64,000 nucleotides of DNA, taken from the NCBI RefSeq assembly GCF_004010195.1, contig NC_057719.1, forward strand, positions 57,967,823 to 58,031,822. Direction: 5' to 3'. The notes beneath the pieces were generated by a model, which saw only the letters and a list, made by a program, of their open reading frames with translations, was not told the DNA's origin and ran no database searches. The position numbers and the translations under genes are program-made. Within the stretch, counting starts at the first letter, position 1. Every line of letters begins with the position of its first letter. Below are positions 27,033 through 41,189 of the stretch, one piece after another. This DNA comes from Chiloscyllium plagiosum. Its lineage: Eukaryota.

Positions 27033-30000
27033 CATCCAGACTGGAAACAAAAGGTGTGTGCTCACTACTGTGCCAGTCAAAATTGGGTAAGTTGGGAATG
27101 GGGTGGGAATCCCAGAAACACTTCACTCCCATTTTAAATGTTTCCATTAGTTGTTACTATTTGCTAAAAATCAAAGCCAGATTTTCAGGTTAGTGACTTT
27201 CAATCACACATAATTCATGATCTCCTAATTGTTACAGCATTTTCTGTCCTTTTACTTAATTTACAATTGAGAAAAAAATGAAAGATAGGTTTCTCAAGTC
27301 ATCTGCAGAACTGTAAAGCTGAGACCTACTAGAGCAACTATGTTTGATTGGAAAAGGTAATTTCTTATGAGGGTCCAAATCTTGAGGATAGGGCGGGGTA
27401 CTTAGTGATTGGTGGTCCTGATTGTTGAGTAGGTAGGAGGTTTGATGATGCTCAACTGGGGAGAAGGACAGTCTAATGATGGTCAAGGTTCAGTGATTTC
27501 AGGGGTCTAATGCTGATTTTAGAAAGTAATTGATGACCAGAGTAAGGAGTCTGATGGTAGTCAGGGGTTCTAATGGAACAGATGACAAAGGGATTTCAAA
27601 TGATGGAGACACTGGATGGTCTATTAGGCTGGATGAAACACACCTGCTCCTTTTGGCCCACAAGCAGTGCTGTAAAAGCAAATTACCTTATGATTTCACT
27701 CCTTTCACTCTTTACAATCTGCCAAATCCTAAAATTAGCATGATATTAAAATGAAGATCAACAGTCTCATAATATTTAAATGACCAAACACAATGTCAGC
27801 TAACCTCCATTTAAACCAGAACTGGGCAGGTTGAAAGCAGATTTAGTATCAGTTCCATATTTTTTACATTTTAACCTCTGACATGACTCCAACTCATCTG
27901 TTTGTGGGAGTTAAAATATTCTGATAGTCTCAGCTGACTTTTTTTTTGAGAAAGCAAAAACATTTAAAAAAGGAAATGTTAGACAAAATATTGACAGATT
28001 ATTTCATTTCTCTACCTTGGGTATTGACAACAGCTGGAGATAGCTGCAGGGTCTTAAACAGGTGAGAAAATAAAGTTGACCAGAATTATGGTGCTTTGCA
28101 TAGCGAGCTCATGTGCCAGTACTCCGAGCACATCTTTATTTGAATGTTGGCCTGTATTACTGACACCAGACTATATTTTTATGTTTTAACAAACCTCAGC
28201 TACAATGGCTGATTTGTTTACTCATGCACGCAACAACATATGTACAAATATTAAAAAATATCAGTTTATCTTCCTCTGCTATAAGTTCCTTTTTTTATGC
28301 AAATAATTTAAACAGGATCAACATCAGGTTGTTCAACACCTGTGCAGGAAGTTATGAAAATTAAGCAGTTTCATAATGTGATGGAAAAATGATCAAATGA
28401 TCAGCAAAAGTTGTACAAAGCAGCATCTTGCTTTGACATTGTGACTGCATGCTTACTGAATGAACCAGAATGTCATTTGCATTCCTGTTTTGGGATAACT
28501 ATTGCATTTCCACTTCAACAGGTTAAATGGCTGCACTGGTAGATGAATCTAAACTGGTTAATAGTTTGAAATGAACTGAAACATCTCCTGCAGCAATGAG
28601 CCAATACATAACACATTAACGTACACACTCGCAACAGTAACCTGATAAAGTGCCTCATTCAAAAGCCTCAGTAAAACAACACCTGACAACTGCAACAAAG
28701 TTCATATCAAACCTCAAAAGGTTTGGAAATGCATTGCTTTTATTCATATGTTAGAAGCAAAATAGTGTTCAAACTTATGTCAGTCAGTTTCTTTAATCAA
28801 AATTATAAATGCAAACTGGATTGCTTAATTTAAACAATTAAATAACACAATAATTAATTTTGAAAATCAGGCTTGATGAAAGATTGGAAAAGTTAGGACC
28901 ATTTTCCTTGGAGAGGAGAAGGCCAAGGAGAGATTTTATCTAAGTTTTCAAAATCATGAGGGTTATGGATAGAGTGGATAAAGAGTCATTGAGGCATTCA
29001 AGAGGCCTCTTTGCACATTGTAACATTTCAGTAATTCTGCTTGTTATGGCACATAAAGCCTTGTAGAAATTCTTTTCAAAAGCTGCATATTTAGTATTAC
29101 TGTTTTGCCAACATAAACCAATTGCTGTGATACAAGTTCTTTTAAACAACATTGATCTCCATTTTGGCCAAAGCTAAGTCTCAGCATGTCACTATGCTTG
29201 CTACACTGAGTTTTGCTTTCGCCTAAATTACAATTGGATATAGTATTACATAATTCAACAAATTAAATTCAACACAATTTTGCAAATCAGTTATTAGGAA
29301 GTATTTTAAATTTGTGATTGTTTTCCTTGGAGAGAAGGCAGCCAAGGGAAGATTTGATGGAAGTTTTCAAAATCATGAGGGTTCTGGACAGAATGGTTAG
29401 GGAGAAATTGTTCCTGCTCATAAAAAGAGTCACATTTGGTCTGATTTATGAACAGACAAAAACTTTCCCCATCTTCCCACATAGTTCAACTTCTTTGGTC
29501 TCAAACAGGGAATTTAGGATCAATTTAACAAGCAACCTTTTTAACTGAGAGACAATATAAGTCCATCTTAGTCTGGGAGCTGCAAAATGTCAAGTATTCT
29601 CTTGCAGATTTACAGCCACATGTTAGATGAGACCCACACTAAACTGTCATCAATTTACAGATTTTTAACCAACAATTCAGGTTCTAACATAATGCTCGAA
29701 TTAATAGATCTAAACTGCATATTTTAAAATGTGTGACTTGATGAATGATTTTATTGTGGTCCTTGTACAATGTGTTGCAAACTCATCAATGCAATTATAT
29801 CTGGATCTACATAATTTTCCTAAGATCATTAATATTAAAAGTGGATTTACAGTTGTATTGATTCTTATATGCTAATAAATATACCTTGATTGTACCTGCA
29901 CAGAGTCTGAGGAATGTTACTCATATGCTGTCTGTCACCTTCCTGTTCAGTTGTTACTTCTTATCTCTTTGCTTTGTACCTAAGATGATGCCATGAGAGG

Positions 30001-30297
30001 CAACATTGTAAATTTTTCAATGTACTCCTGTACTTGAGTACATATGACAAGAAAGGATAATATAATTAGAAATAAAATATCTAAAGCTTCAATCTATTAT
30101 TTCTCTCTTCGTTGGAAGGTAGAAAATCTTGGGGCTTGGGAAGAAAATGCGTACTTAAATATTTGGAATTCATACATTCCCTTCCTTCATTCAACACTCA
30201 TGCTTAAATTGTATTTTCAATAACTTAATTGCCTTACTTTGCAGTTAAACACTTACTGGTCAGGAGACTGACATTCTGAAGGTACCCTACTGATTAT

Positions 30298-31294
30298 ATT
30301 TGGGGAGCAATGTAAGGCTTTCTACATGTAGAACATTCAATGTCCCATATGTAGCTAAGCATCTGCAACTTGAGTGATTTGGCTAATACCTGAAAACCAA
30401 GGTTATTTAAGTAAAGAATGTGATGGAATATTGTGATCATACAAGTACATCAGATCTCTTCAGCAAAACTCCTTAATAGATATCTCAGTGCATGTCAATG
30501 TTATGACACAAAACTGGGTGGAAGTGATAGTTGTGAGCAGGATTTAAGGTATTTTAGACAAGTTGAATGAGTGAGCAAACACATGGCATATGCAGTACAA
30601 TATGGCTAAATGTAAAGCTATATATTTTGATGTGAAAAACAGAAAGGCAGAACATTATTACAAAGGGACTTGGTATACTTGTACATAGGTCAATGACATT
30701 AAACAGATAGGTGCAGCAAGCAATTGTCCTACTGCACCATATTCTACGGTCCACTGACCTTAAATGCTACAGCTGCTCAGTTCAAAATGTATAAACATGA
30801 TACAATATAGATCCTTCAGTCTGGAATATTCAAATTCTACAATATGCAGTGCAGGTAAAAAAAGGCAGAGAGATAATGGCCCACATCATCTGATTGGAAG
30901 ATTGTCACTTACAGCAGTGTGGACAGAAGTTGCATGTCAGACCATGCAGAAGACCCAATGTGCCTTACTCTGCAGGAGTTGCCTGGGAGCCTGAAACTTC
31001 TGATTAGCAATTACTTGCTGTCTGGAATCCTCTGAAACAGTCCATGCTCTAAGTTAGATATGAAAATTTGCGAGGGTTTTAACTGTCATAACATTGACAG
31101 GCACTGAGATATTTATAAAGGAGTTTTGCTGAAGAGGTCTGATGTACCTGTATGATCACAATGTTCTATCACTTTCTTTATTTAACTAAATTTGGTTTTC
31201 AGGCAATAGCCAAATCACTCAAGTTGCAAATACTTAGCTACATATGGGACATTGAACGTTCTACATGTAGGAAACGTTAAATTACTCCCCAAAT
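30298..31294. repeat. Long inverted repeat, arms about 30298-30512 and 31078-31294
   Basis: For example ttcaatgtcccatatgtagctaag versus cttagctacatatgggacattgaa, and cttcagcaaaactcctt versus aaggagttttgctgaag. Confidence 0.9.
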
Positions 31295-31651
31295 CTCTGA
31301 TGAGCTTACAAACAGTAGCACAATTAAAACCCTTTCCAACTCATCACCAACCATAAAAATGATTTCACCCCAATTCACAGCTATCCCTGTCAACAGCACT
31401 CCAGACCCAACACAACCCTCCCCAACATCCTGGATTCAAAATCCCCAACCAAATTCCAAATCCTCTGGATCTGACACCCAAACCATAGAATTAAAACCCT
31501 CGACTCTCTCCCAATCCTGCCAACCCATGACTCCTCCACCCTCTCAGACTTGACTTCATCCACAGCACTACAAAGCCCACCAAGCACCCCCCCCCCCTCC
31601 ACCCAATTCCTCCAGCTGGGGGCCTATACTGTCATGCCACTTAGCCCCTCA

Positions 31652-34600
31652 CCCACCTGGCACAGCCTCCACCGCTTCGTCTGGCAGCTCATTCCACACA
31701 CGTACCACCAGTTTCACAACATCTTTCCGGTAGGAAGGAGACCAGAATTGCATGCAATATTCCAACAGTGGCCTAACCAATGTCATGTACATCTGCAACA
31801 TGACCTTCCAATTCCTGCACTCAATACTCTGACCAGGAAAAGAAAGCATACTAAACGCCTTCTTCACTATCCTATTTACCTGCGACTCCACTTTCAAGGA
31901 GCTATGAACCTGTACTCCAAGGTCTCTTTGTTCAGCAACACTCCCTAGGACTTTACCATTAAGTTGAGAAGTCCTGCTAAGATTTGCTTTCCCAAAATGC
32001 AGCACCTCGCATTTATCTGAATTAAACCCCATCTGCCACTTCTCGGCCCGTTGTAATCTGAGGTAACCTTCTTCGCTGTCCACGACACCTCCAATTTTCA
32101 TGTCATCTGCAAACTTACTAACTTTACCTCTTATGCCCGCATCCAAATCATTTATGTAAATGACAAAAAGTAGTGGACCCAGCACCGATCCTTGTGGCAC
32201 TCCACTGGTCACAGGCCTCCAGTCTGAAAAACAAACCTCCACCACCACCCTCTGTCTTCTACCTTTGAGCCAGTTCTGTATCCAAATGCTAGTTCTTCCT
32301 TTATTCCGTGAGTTCTAACCTTGCTAAGCAGTCTCCCATGGGGAATCTTGTCAAACGCCTTACTGAAGTCCATATAGATCACATCTACTGCTCTTCCCTC
32401 ATCAATCCTCTTTGTTACTTCTTCAAAAAACTCAATCAAGTTTGTGAGACATGATTTCCCACGCATAAAGCCTTGTTGACTATCCTTAAATTGTCCTTGC
32501 CTTTCCAAATACATGTATATCCTGTCCCTCACGACTCCCTCCAACAACTTGCCCACCACCGATGTCAGGCTCACTGGTCTATAGTTCCCTGGCTTGTCCT
32601 TACCACCCTTCTTAAAGAGTGGCAGCACGCTAGCCAACCTCCAGTCTTCCGGCACCTCACCTGTGACTATTGATGATACAAATATCTCAGTAAGAGGCCC
32701 AGCAATCACTTCTCTAGCTTCCCACAGAGTTCTAGGGTATACCTGATCAGGTCCTGGGGATTTATTCAGTTTTATGCGTTTCAAGACATCCAGCACTTCC
32801 TCCTCTGTAATATGGAAATGGTGTAAGGTGTCACCACCTATTTCACTACTTTCTATATCTTCCATATGCTGTTGCACATGAAATACTGATACAAAATACT
32901 CAGTTAAGTATCTTCCCCATTTTCTGCAGCTCCACACAAAGGCCACCTTGCTGATCTTTGAGGGGCCCTATTCTCTCTCGTTATCCTTTTGTCCTTAATG
33001 TATTTGTAAAAACCCTTTGGATTCTCTTTAACTCCATTTGCCAAAGCTATCTCATGTCCCCTTTTGGGCCTCCTGATTTCCCTCTTAAGTATACTCCTAC
33101 TTCCTTTGTACCCTTCTAAGGATTCACGTGATCTATCCTGTCTATACCTGACATATTTTCCTTCTTTTTCTTAACCAAACCCTCAATTTCTTTAGTCATC
33201 CAGTATTCCCTATACCTACCAGCCTTCCCTTTCACCCTGACAGGAATATACTTTCTCTGGATTCTCGTTATCTCATTTCTGAAGGCTTCCCATTTTCCAG
33301 CCATCTCTTTACCTGTGAGCATCTGCCCCCAGTCAGCTTTCGAAAGTTCTTGCCTAATACCGTCAAAATTGGCCTTTCTCCAATTTAGAACTTCAACTTT
33401 TAGATCTGGTCTATCCTTTTCCATCACTATTTTAAATCTATTAGAATTATGGTCGCTGGCCCCAAAGTGCTCTCCCACTCACACCTCAGTCACCTGCCCT
33501 GTCTTATTTCACAAGAGTAGGTCATGTTTTGCATCTTCTTTCGTAGGTACATCCACATACTGAATCAGAAAATTTTCTTGTACACATTCCTCACACATTT
33601 CTCTCCATCTAACCCCTTAACACTATGGCAGTCCCAATCTATGCTTGGAAAGTTAAAATCCCCTACCATAACCACCCTATTATTCTTATAGATAGCTGAG
33701 ATCTCTTTACAAGTTTGTTTCTCAATTTCCCTCTGACTATTGGGGGGTCTATAACATAATCCTAATAAGGTGATCATCCCTTTCTTATTTCTCAGTTCCA
33801 TCCAAATAACGTCCCTGGATGTATTTCCAGGAATATCCTCCCTCAGCACAGCTGTAATGCTATCCCTTATCAAAAACATCACTTCCCCTCCTCTCTTGCC
33901 TCCCTTTCTATCTTTCCTGTCGCATTTGTATCCTGAAACATTAAGCTGCCAGTCCTGCCCATCCCTGAGCCATGTTTCTGTAACTGCTATGATATCCCAG
34001 TCCCATGTTCCTAACCATGCCCTGAGTTCATCTGCCTTCCAAGTTAGGCCCCTTGCATTGAAATAAATGCAGTTTAATTTATTAGTCCTACCTTGTTCCT
34101 GCCTGCCCTGACTGTTTGACTCACTTCTTTTCTCAACGGTACCAGTCTCAGATTGATCTCTTTCCTCACTATATCCCTGGGTCCCACACCCCACCTTACT
34201 AGTTTAAATCCTCCTGAGCAGCTCTAGCAAATCTCCCTGCAAGTATATTAGTCCCCTTCCAATTTAGGTGCAATCAGTCCTTCTTGTACAGGTGACTTCT
34301 ACCCCAAAAGAGATTCCAATGGTCCAAAAATGTGAATCCTTCTCTCATACACCAGCTCCTCAGCCATGCATTAATTTGCTCTATCCTCCTATTCCTGCCC
34401 TCACTAGCTCGTAGCACCAGGAGTAATCCAGATATTATACTCTCAAGGACCTCCTTTTTAAATTTCTGCCTAACTCTCTGTAATCGCCCTTCAGAATCTC
34501 AACCTTTTCCCTTCCTATGTAGTTGGTTCCAAAGTGGACAATGACCTTTTGCTGGCCCCTCTCCCCCTTGAGAACACTCTGCACCCTCTCTGAGACATCC

Positions 34601-35238
34601 TTGATCCTGGCACCAGGGAAGCAACACACCATTCAGATTTTTCACTGCTGGCCACAGAAACGTCTGTGTGTACCTCGGACTAGATAGTCCCCTAACACAA
34701 TTGATCTCTTGGAACCCGACGTACCACTTGTTGCATTAGAGCCAGTCTCAATACCAGAAACTTGGCTGTTCGTGCTACGTTCCCCTGAGAATCCATCACC
34801 CCCTATATTTTTCAAAACAGCATACTTGTTTGAAATCGGTATAGCCACTGAAGGCTCCTGCACTAGCTGCCTACCTCTCTTACCTTTCCTGGAGTTAACC
34901 CATCTATGTGACTGTATCTAAGACTTTCCCCCCTTTCCTATAACTGCCATCCATCACATACTGTAGCTCATTGCAACATTGCCTCTAACTGTCTCTCCAA
35001 CTGATCCATTTGATCTGATAAGATTCGCAACCAACAGTAATTATTGCAGATATAATCCGCATTAACCCTTAAACTCTAGCTCCCACATCTGACAAGAAGT
35101 GCATATCACTCTACTGAAGGCCATTTTTGAGCCTTCACAATCTACAGACCCAGAAAATAACACCCTCTTATTCTTCTACAAAACACTGCCCCAGGCTAAA
35201 TTCATAGTTATGGCTTATATTTTAAGTTTAATCAAGCT
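31652..35238 (-). mobile_element. Near-full-length CR1 LINE (ORF1 esterase plus ORF2 EN/RT), frameshifted
   Basis: ORFs 34642-34863 and 34435-34632 (ORF1), 33565-34194 (APE: YFNARGL, AVTETW, GDFN), 32209-32946 and 31649-32248 (RT: YRPVSLTS, DFSKAFD, GVPQGSVLGP, FADD). Confidence 0.96.
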
Positions 35239-36424
35239 TAAGTGTTCTTGAACCTTCTCCCACCAGACAAATGGACAGTACTCCTTCATATTCTTGACTT
35301 CCGTTTTGTAGCTGGTGGACAGTCACTGGGGATATAGGAGACAAATTACTTGCCAGAAAATTCTTAACTTCTGACCTGCTCTTGTAGCAACAGTATTTAC
35401 GTGGTTAGCCCAGTTTGGTTCCTGGTCCATGATAACCCCAGGTGATTTACTGACTGCAAACAACCGTCCTGGAGATGCTACTTGCAACAGAGAGGACTTC
35501 GCAGCTGAATGGCTGGCAACCTTCCGGTGGTGAAATTTCGGTCCTCCAGGGTCTTTAATTGCATGGAAGGCTTTACACTGGCCAGATAGGTACTTAGTTG
35601 AAAAGATGCAGGATTCCCAATTGTTCAACTAGCAGGTGTGTGACAGGAATCCTGTATTGCCAGAATAAAATTATGTAAAGTGTCCCTGTATCCACTTCAT
35701 CAAAACTTTCTTAATATTAAAGACCTCTGTTAGTTCACCTTTTAATTTTTTTTCAAACATACAAGAGACGAGTCTGTTAATTGTTTACAATGTGATCAAC
35801 CACACATTTCTGGTGTCATCTTTTTTTTGCAACCTGTTCATTGACTCTATCTTTTTCACAATACAGAAATCATAACTACAGGTAGTTCTGATATAACACA
35901 CATTTCGCCTGCGCGATTCGGCTATAATGTCACTGAAGAGTTAAGCAAAGACATTTTCTAGAATACTTACCTCTGTTTGCAATAGCAGCACGGTCCAAGT
36001 GCTTTGTTCTGCATATGCACTCATGTCAATGCCAAAATCTCTGTGCTGTTCTGCGCAAGCGCCGATGTCCACACTGTTCTGCACATGCACCATCTCCACA
36101 GATGCTGCTAGGTGAACTGAGTTTCTCCAGCACTTGATCTTTGTGACAAAAGACCTTGTTATTCTTCCAACAAAAATGTACTACCTCGTGTTTATTTTGT
36201 GTTAAACTTCATTTACCAATTAACTTCCCATTCTGCAAGTTTATTAATTTCTTCCTGTAATTTGTTGCAGTCGCCTCAAAAATAACTAGCCTCATCATGG
36301 ATTTCATTCATATTTGTAATCGTGAACAAAGATAACCGCAGAATCCCCTCTTCCAGTTAATCTGTAATTGTCTATGACTATATATTACAGCACAGTATTG
36401 TCTATGAGTAAGTAATCAGGCATC

Positions 36425-37020
36425 AGTCATGGTTCAGTTGGTAGCACTCTTGTATTTGAGTCAGGAAAGTTATAGGTTCAAGTCTTACATCAAAGATTTG
36501 AGTATAAGATCCAGGCAGACAATCCAATACAATATTGATGGAGAGCAGGACTGCTGGATGTGCATTCTTTTGACTGAGACGTTAAACCAAGGTCCCACGT
36601 GTCCTTTTAAATGTCAAGAGTTAAATGGCACTATTTCAAAGAATAGCAACAGAGTTCATCGGGCCTAATTTCATTCATAAACTATAAAACCATTAAAATA
36701 GATTATTTGGTGATGACTACATACAGTAATTGTTTGTAGATGTTTGCTATGTGTAAATCAGCTGCCATATTTTCTACAAGGTAAAAACAATGACTGCAGA
36801 TGCTGGAAACCAGATTCTGGATCAGTGGTGCTGGAAGAGCACAGCAGTTCAGGCAGCATCCGAGGAGCAGCAAAATCGACTTTTCAGGCAAAAGCCCTTC
36901 ATCAGGAATAAAATAACATATTTCCTACAATACAATAGTGACTAAACTTCAGAAATTGTATAATTGCCTGCAAAGTACTTTGGGACACCGTGAAAATGTG
37001 AGTGCAATATATAAATGGAG
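36425..37020 (+). mobile_element. Deu-domain SINE (SacSINE1/AmnSINE1-like), interrupted
   Basis: tRNA-like head tggttcagttggtagcac...ggttcaagtc, central gagacgttaaaccaagg...atggcactatttcaaagaa, tail resumes at 36917. Family assigned from recalled consensus. Confidence 0.6.
36780..36916 (-). mobile_element. 137-bp Penelope pLTR-only insert with hammerhead motif, family A
   Basis: Minus-strand CUGAUGA-A-GGGC(UUUU)GCCU-GAAA-A-GUC at 36878-36905. TSD catattttctacaa (36766-36779) and catatttcctacaa (36917-36930). Confidence 0.85.
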
Positions 37021-37589
37021 GTTTAAGGCCTAAAAGGATTTAAACTTCAGTGTGAATAGCAGTTTCATACTAAAGTTTGATGACTTTAGACTTTCTACTC
37101 AGAAAACTGTTAAGAAATTATACAGATATTTTGCTTTTTTGTTGAAAAATACCAATTTGACTTTAACGTAAATATGGATAGACCAAGTTACAAATGAAGT
37201 CAACCAATTTTAATGGTTATAATTTTTAAATAAGGAGACTATTGTTAGTCGTCTTTAAATTGTTCTTTCAGAGACAATCCAGGCCAAATTGATTAAATGA
37301 CCTCTACTATACTTTAAGTTTCTATGTAAAGCATTTGAATCACAAGCATCTAATGGCATTGTTACTTTCTTCAACAGGCATCTCAGTGTTATGTTTAAGC
37401 ATTTTTATTTCCTTTGGTCATAGGTAATTGATTCAAATAAATGACAAGTAGAACAAAGATTTCAATTTAAACTATTGTTACTAAACTTAAAAGCTAAACC
37501 CAATGACTATTTCACATTTGACCTCAACAAACAGAGTTATAAACATACCCCACTAACACACCTATGTCCTTTTATCAAGTTCTTTACTT

Positions 37590-38075
37590 AGAGTCATAGA
37601 GATGTACAGCACGGAAACAGACCCTTCCATGCTGACCAGATATTCCAACCCATCTAGTCCCACCTGCCAGCACCTGACCCATATCCCTCTAAACCCTTCC
37701 TAGTCATATACCCAACCAGATGCCTTTTAAATGCTGTAATTGTACCAGCCTCCACCACTTCCTCTGGCAGTTTATTCCATACACGTACCACCCTCTGTGT
37801 GAAAAAGCTGCTCCTTAGGTCCCTTTTATATCTTTCCCCTCTTACCTAAACCTATGCCCTCTAGTTCTGGACTCCCCCACCCCCGGGAATCTATTTACCC
37901 TATCCATGCCCCTCATGATTTTATAAATCTCTATAAGGTCCCCCCTCAGACTCCGACGCTCCAGGGAAAACAGCTCCTACCTATTCAACCTCTCCCTAAA
38001 GCTCAAATCTTTGAACCCTGGCAACATCCTTGTAAATTTTTTTTGAACCCTTTCAAGTTTCACAACATCCTTCCA
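37590..38075 (-). mobile_element. CR1 LINE 3' fragment
   Basis: Starts with the tail reverse complement tagagtcatagagatgtacagc. Confidence 0.9.
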
Positions 38076-38134
38076 AACACTTGTTGGAGCTTGATTTCTG
38101 AAGTTAACACACATTGTAAAAACAGAAAATATGA

Positions 38135-38214
38135 TCAACATATTAGAACAAAATCCTTTTCATGGTCACTGTCTTCCTTTTTGGTAAGCTGCTGCATGTC
38201 CATACTGTATGTTG
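38135..38214 (-). CDS. Candidate terminal exon (xTYSMDMQQLTKKEDSDHEKDFVLIC*)
   Basis: Pyrimidine-rich acceptor tttatctccatatctttcaaaacag and an open frame to TGA. Protein not recognised. Confidence 0.25.
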
Positions 38215-40580
38215 CTGTTTTGAAAGATATGGAGATAAAGTTTGTAAAAGGAAAATGACCCACAAGAATGTAAAGTGAACTTATAAATGAGATACTGAAT
38301 ATTAAAGCACTTTTGAGGTTATCAAACTCAAATAAAAACATAAATCAACCAGAAAAGATAAAATTATTTATTTTAACAGCTAGTTAACCCTTCATTTAGA
38401 TACACGATGAAAAGTGATCAACATTTTTCTTTGCACTTCCAGCTCACTGTAGAAAACAAAACATTCATGAGAACTCAAAATGCAAACATCACAAAGAATG
38501 TAAACATGAGATTGGAAAGCAAGTATTTCCTGAATGTATTCTACAGTCATCTTAAGAAACTGTCCAAACCAGAATTTAAGCTGTCCGATCGCTTAAATTA
38601 GCTCAGCACTAGAATTTAATAGATTAAAGGCAGAGTAATAAATTTGGTGCAGACATCAAAACTAGCCATATTATCAAACAACTCCATGTATATAATTGCA
38701 ACAGTGTAAAATCTTTACTTCAGAAAACATTGAACAGATTGCAATGCTTTCTCACAATAAAATGGAAAATTTCATTTGACAAATTTAAATATTACATATT
38801 CTATATTCACTATTCTTTTAAAGAATTATTAGTTTCATATGACAAGGACAGACACTTCCTAAGAAAGTTAGATATTCTGTTCAATGGAATACTGACAATA
38901 CAGCATTAAGTGCTTACAAATTATGAATCTACTGCCACAACTTTAGACCACCTTGATTTCATCCTCAACATAGCAACCAACAGCCACCCATCTATATGGC
39001 CAAAGGGATACAGGGTCATTTTAAAGACAAGGACTGCTATTCATTTGATTTAGAAAATATGTACATTTTGATCAAGATACTAGAATAAAAACAGAAATTC
39101 AAAGGGTCAAAGAAAGTTAAGGAAAGAGAAAGAAAAAGAATTGGGAACATAAGCAGAGAGATGTACACAGAGACAGAACATGAGACTGAGAAATGCAGGA
39201 AAAGTGAAGACAGAGACAGACAGAGAGGTATGCTTCCAGAAACCAATTATAACACATCAAATTCAATCCTTACAGAAAGTTACAAAGCCCACACTTCAGT
39301 GCTGCCAAAACACAGGGACCTTAGGAAGTGAATTTGACTTGGGAAACAGTGAGAATGGCACAGCATGAAACAAATGAACTCCAATGATTGTACTGCATTG
39401 GAGGTCTTGGTGGAGCAAGTTGGAAAGATGTTATATTGTCACAGAAAGTGAGAAAGCTGTCCAAAAACACATTTAAAATACATGGGGATGAATAGTTATG
39501 GAGGTCAATGACAAGAGTCAAGCCCCGAGGACCTGGATGCACTGATACAAGCAGTTAACTGGCTTCACAAGGTAATCAAGGTCAGTGAATGCATTTTTAT
39601 ATGCCATGTCCTATCAACTGCACCATTTGCCTTCTACACTCTACAATTTATTACACCACCATGACTGACCTATCAACCAGCTCTATCAATCAGATTTGTA
39701 ACTCAGTTGTTTCACCTCACTTTCACATCACTAATTCTGCTACAAGCATCATAACCATATCTCAACTTGCACAAACTGCTAGCTATTCAATTATGAGGCC
39801 TACTGCTGCATTGATGCTTAGATTGCAGTCCAGACAAGTTGTACATTTAAGACAGTTACCTGACATAATGATATGTGACATTTTAGTATAAAGGTATCGA
39901 TCTTGCCTTCTATCACCTTGTGACTGTGCAGTGTTCAATCAGACAGCAACATGTATGTAATGTACAGTAACATTAGTAAGCACAGAATCCAGGTCGAATC
40001 TTTCTACCAAAGTATAACGAAGGTCTGTAAAATAATCAGACCCTCTCGGTGCCTCAAAATGAATAAGTAGAAAATGCCTTTTTTTTGCAACTGTTGAGAA
40101 GCTCTGAGAAATGTCAATATCCCAATGTTTTGTTTGTTTTATTCCCTCCAAAGGCTGTACAGAACTTATTTAGAACCTTTGTATGTACTTACAGTTTTTT
40201 TTATGAATAAAGTATATTTTTGAAATTAAAAAACGCAGGCATAAGGTGCAAGTGCAATATTGTATTGTTGTACATAGTCAATGTTTTATTAAATGGCAAG
40301 ATATATGACTCAACAAGAACTTGACTCGATGGTTTATGTTATGTGAGGTAACATATAGAAAATCACAAAGTACATCAGCAGCATAAATAAAAAAAGCTTT
40401 TGCTATACTCAATGATCCATATCCATTTCTCTTGCATGACAAGATGCAGTAAAATAGGGACAAACCAGCTGGATGACAGTTGATTATTATTGGGACTCCT
40501 ATGGGATCATGGTCAGCATCAGTGCTGAAAATATTAAAAATGGTGTTTCATCATATCTAAAGCTTATTCTCACATCTCAC

Positions 40581-40708
40581 TCATCCCATATTCCCTTCTG
40601 ACAATCTTCAGGTGGTGTAGCATTCGCTTCTTACTTTTACTCCTCCCGGGATCAGAACCATTACTTCGTGTCTTTTTTCTATCAGATACCCAAGAGGCGG
40701 AAATTTGA
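40581..40708 (-). CDS. Candidate internal exon
   Basis: Acceptor ttctttctag, donor TGA|gtgaga (alternative AAA|gtaaga at 40635), locally CpG-rich, open frame QISASWVSDRKK...REYGM. Confidence 0.2.
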
Positions 40709-41189
40709 CTAGAAAGAACAATAGGAAATCAGTGATGATCAATCACTAATATTTGATTTCACACTTACAACTATCAGATCAGATAGAAGTGCAGCATGTA
40801 TTTAAAAGAGAGGGAATGACTGACTGCAAAGATAGTGAAAATGCCAGTTCATGAAGGGCAATGTTACACATGGCTTCCATTGTAGAGAACTCATTTCAGC
40901 ATTGAATGAAGCACTCAACAGAAGAATGTGGACACATATCATAAATTAGCCATTGATAGTACTTAACTTACATGTTGTTGAAATGAGAGAAATGTTGCAA
41001 AACTTTTCATTTTGCATTCATTAGGACTAATGTGAGAATGACAAATTTAAAATGGTTATAACAACTTATACTGCAGGAGAAGCCATGCTGCATGGTTGAC
41101 AATTCAACTGATTAGTTTAGGCATTGCCATGGAGAAAGTAATGGGAAGCTATCAGCTCTCCAAGCTTCCAGTTAATTCAAACACAACAG

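Noticed and set aside
26845..27147. Twin opposite-strand ORFs with near-identical peptides
   Set aside because: Artefact of the palindromic insert.
31649..34863. Functional reverse transcriptase or endonuclease genes
   Set aside because: Multiple frameshifts, stops and deletions; this is a dead CR1 copy, as is 56049-60269.
39110..39230. GA-rich tract giving a hydrophobic ORF
   Set aside because: Simple low-complexity sequence.
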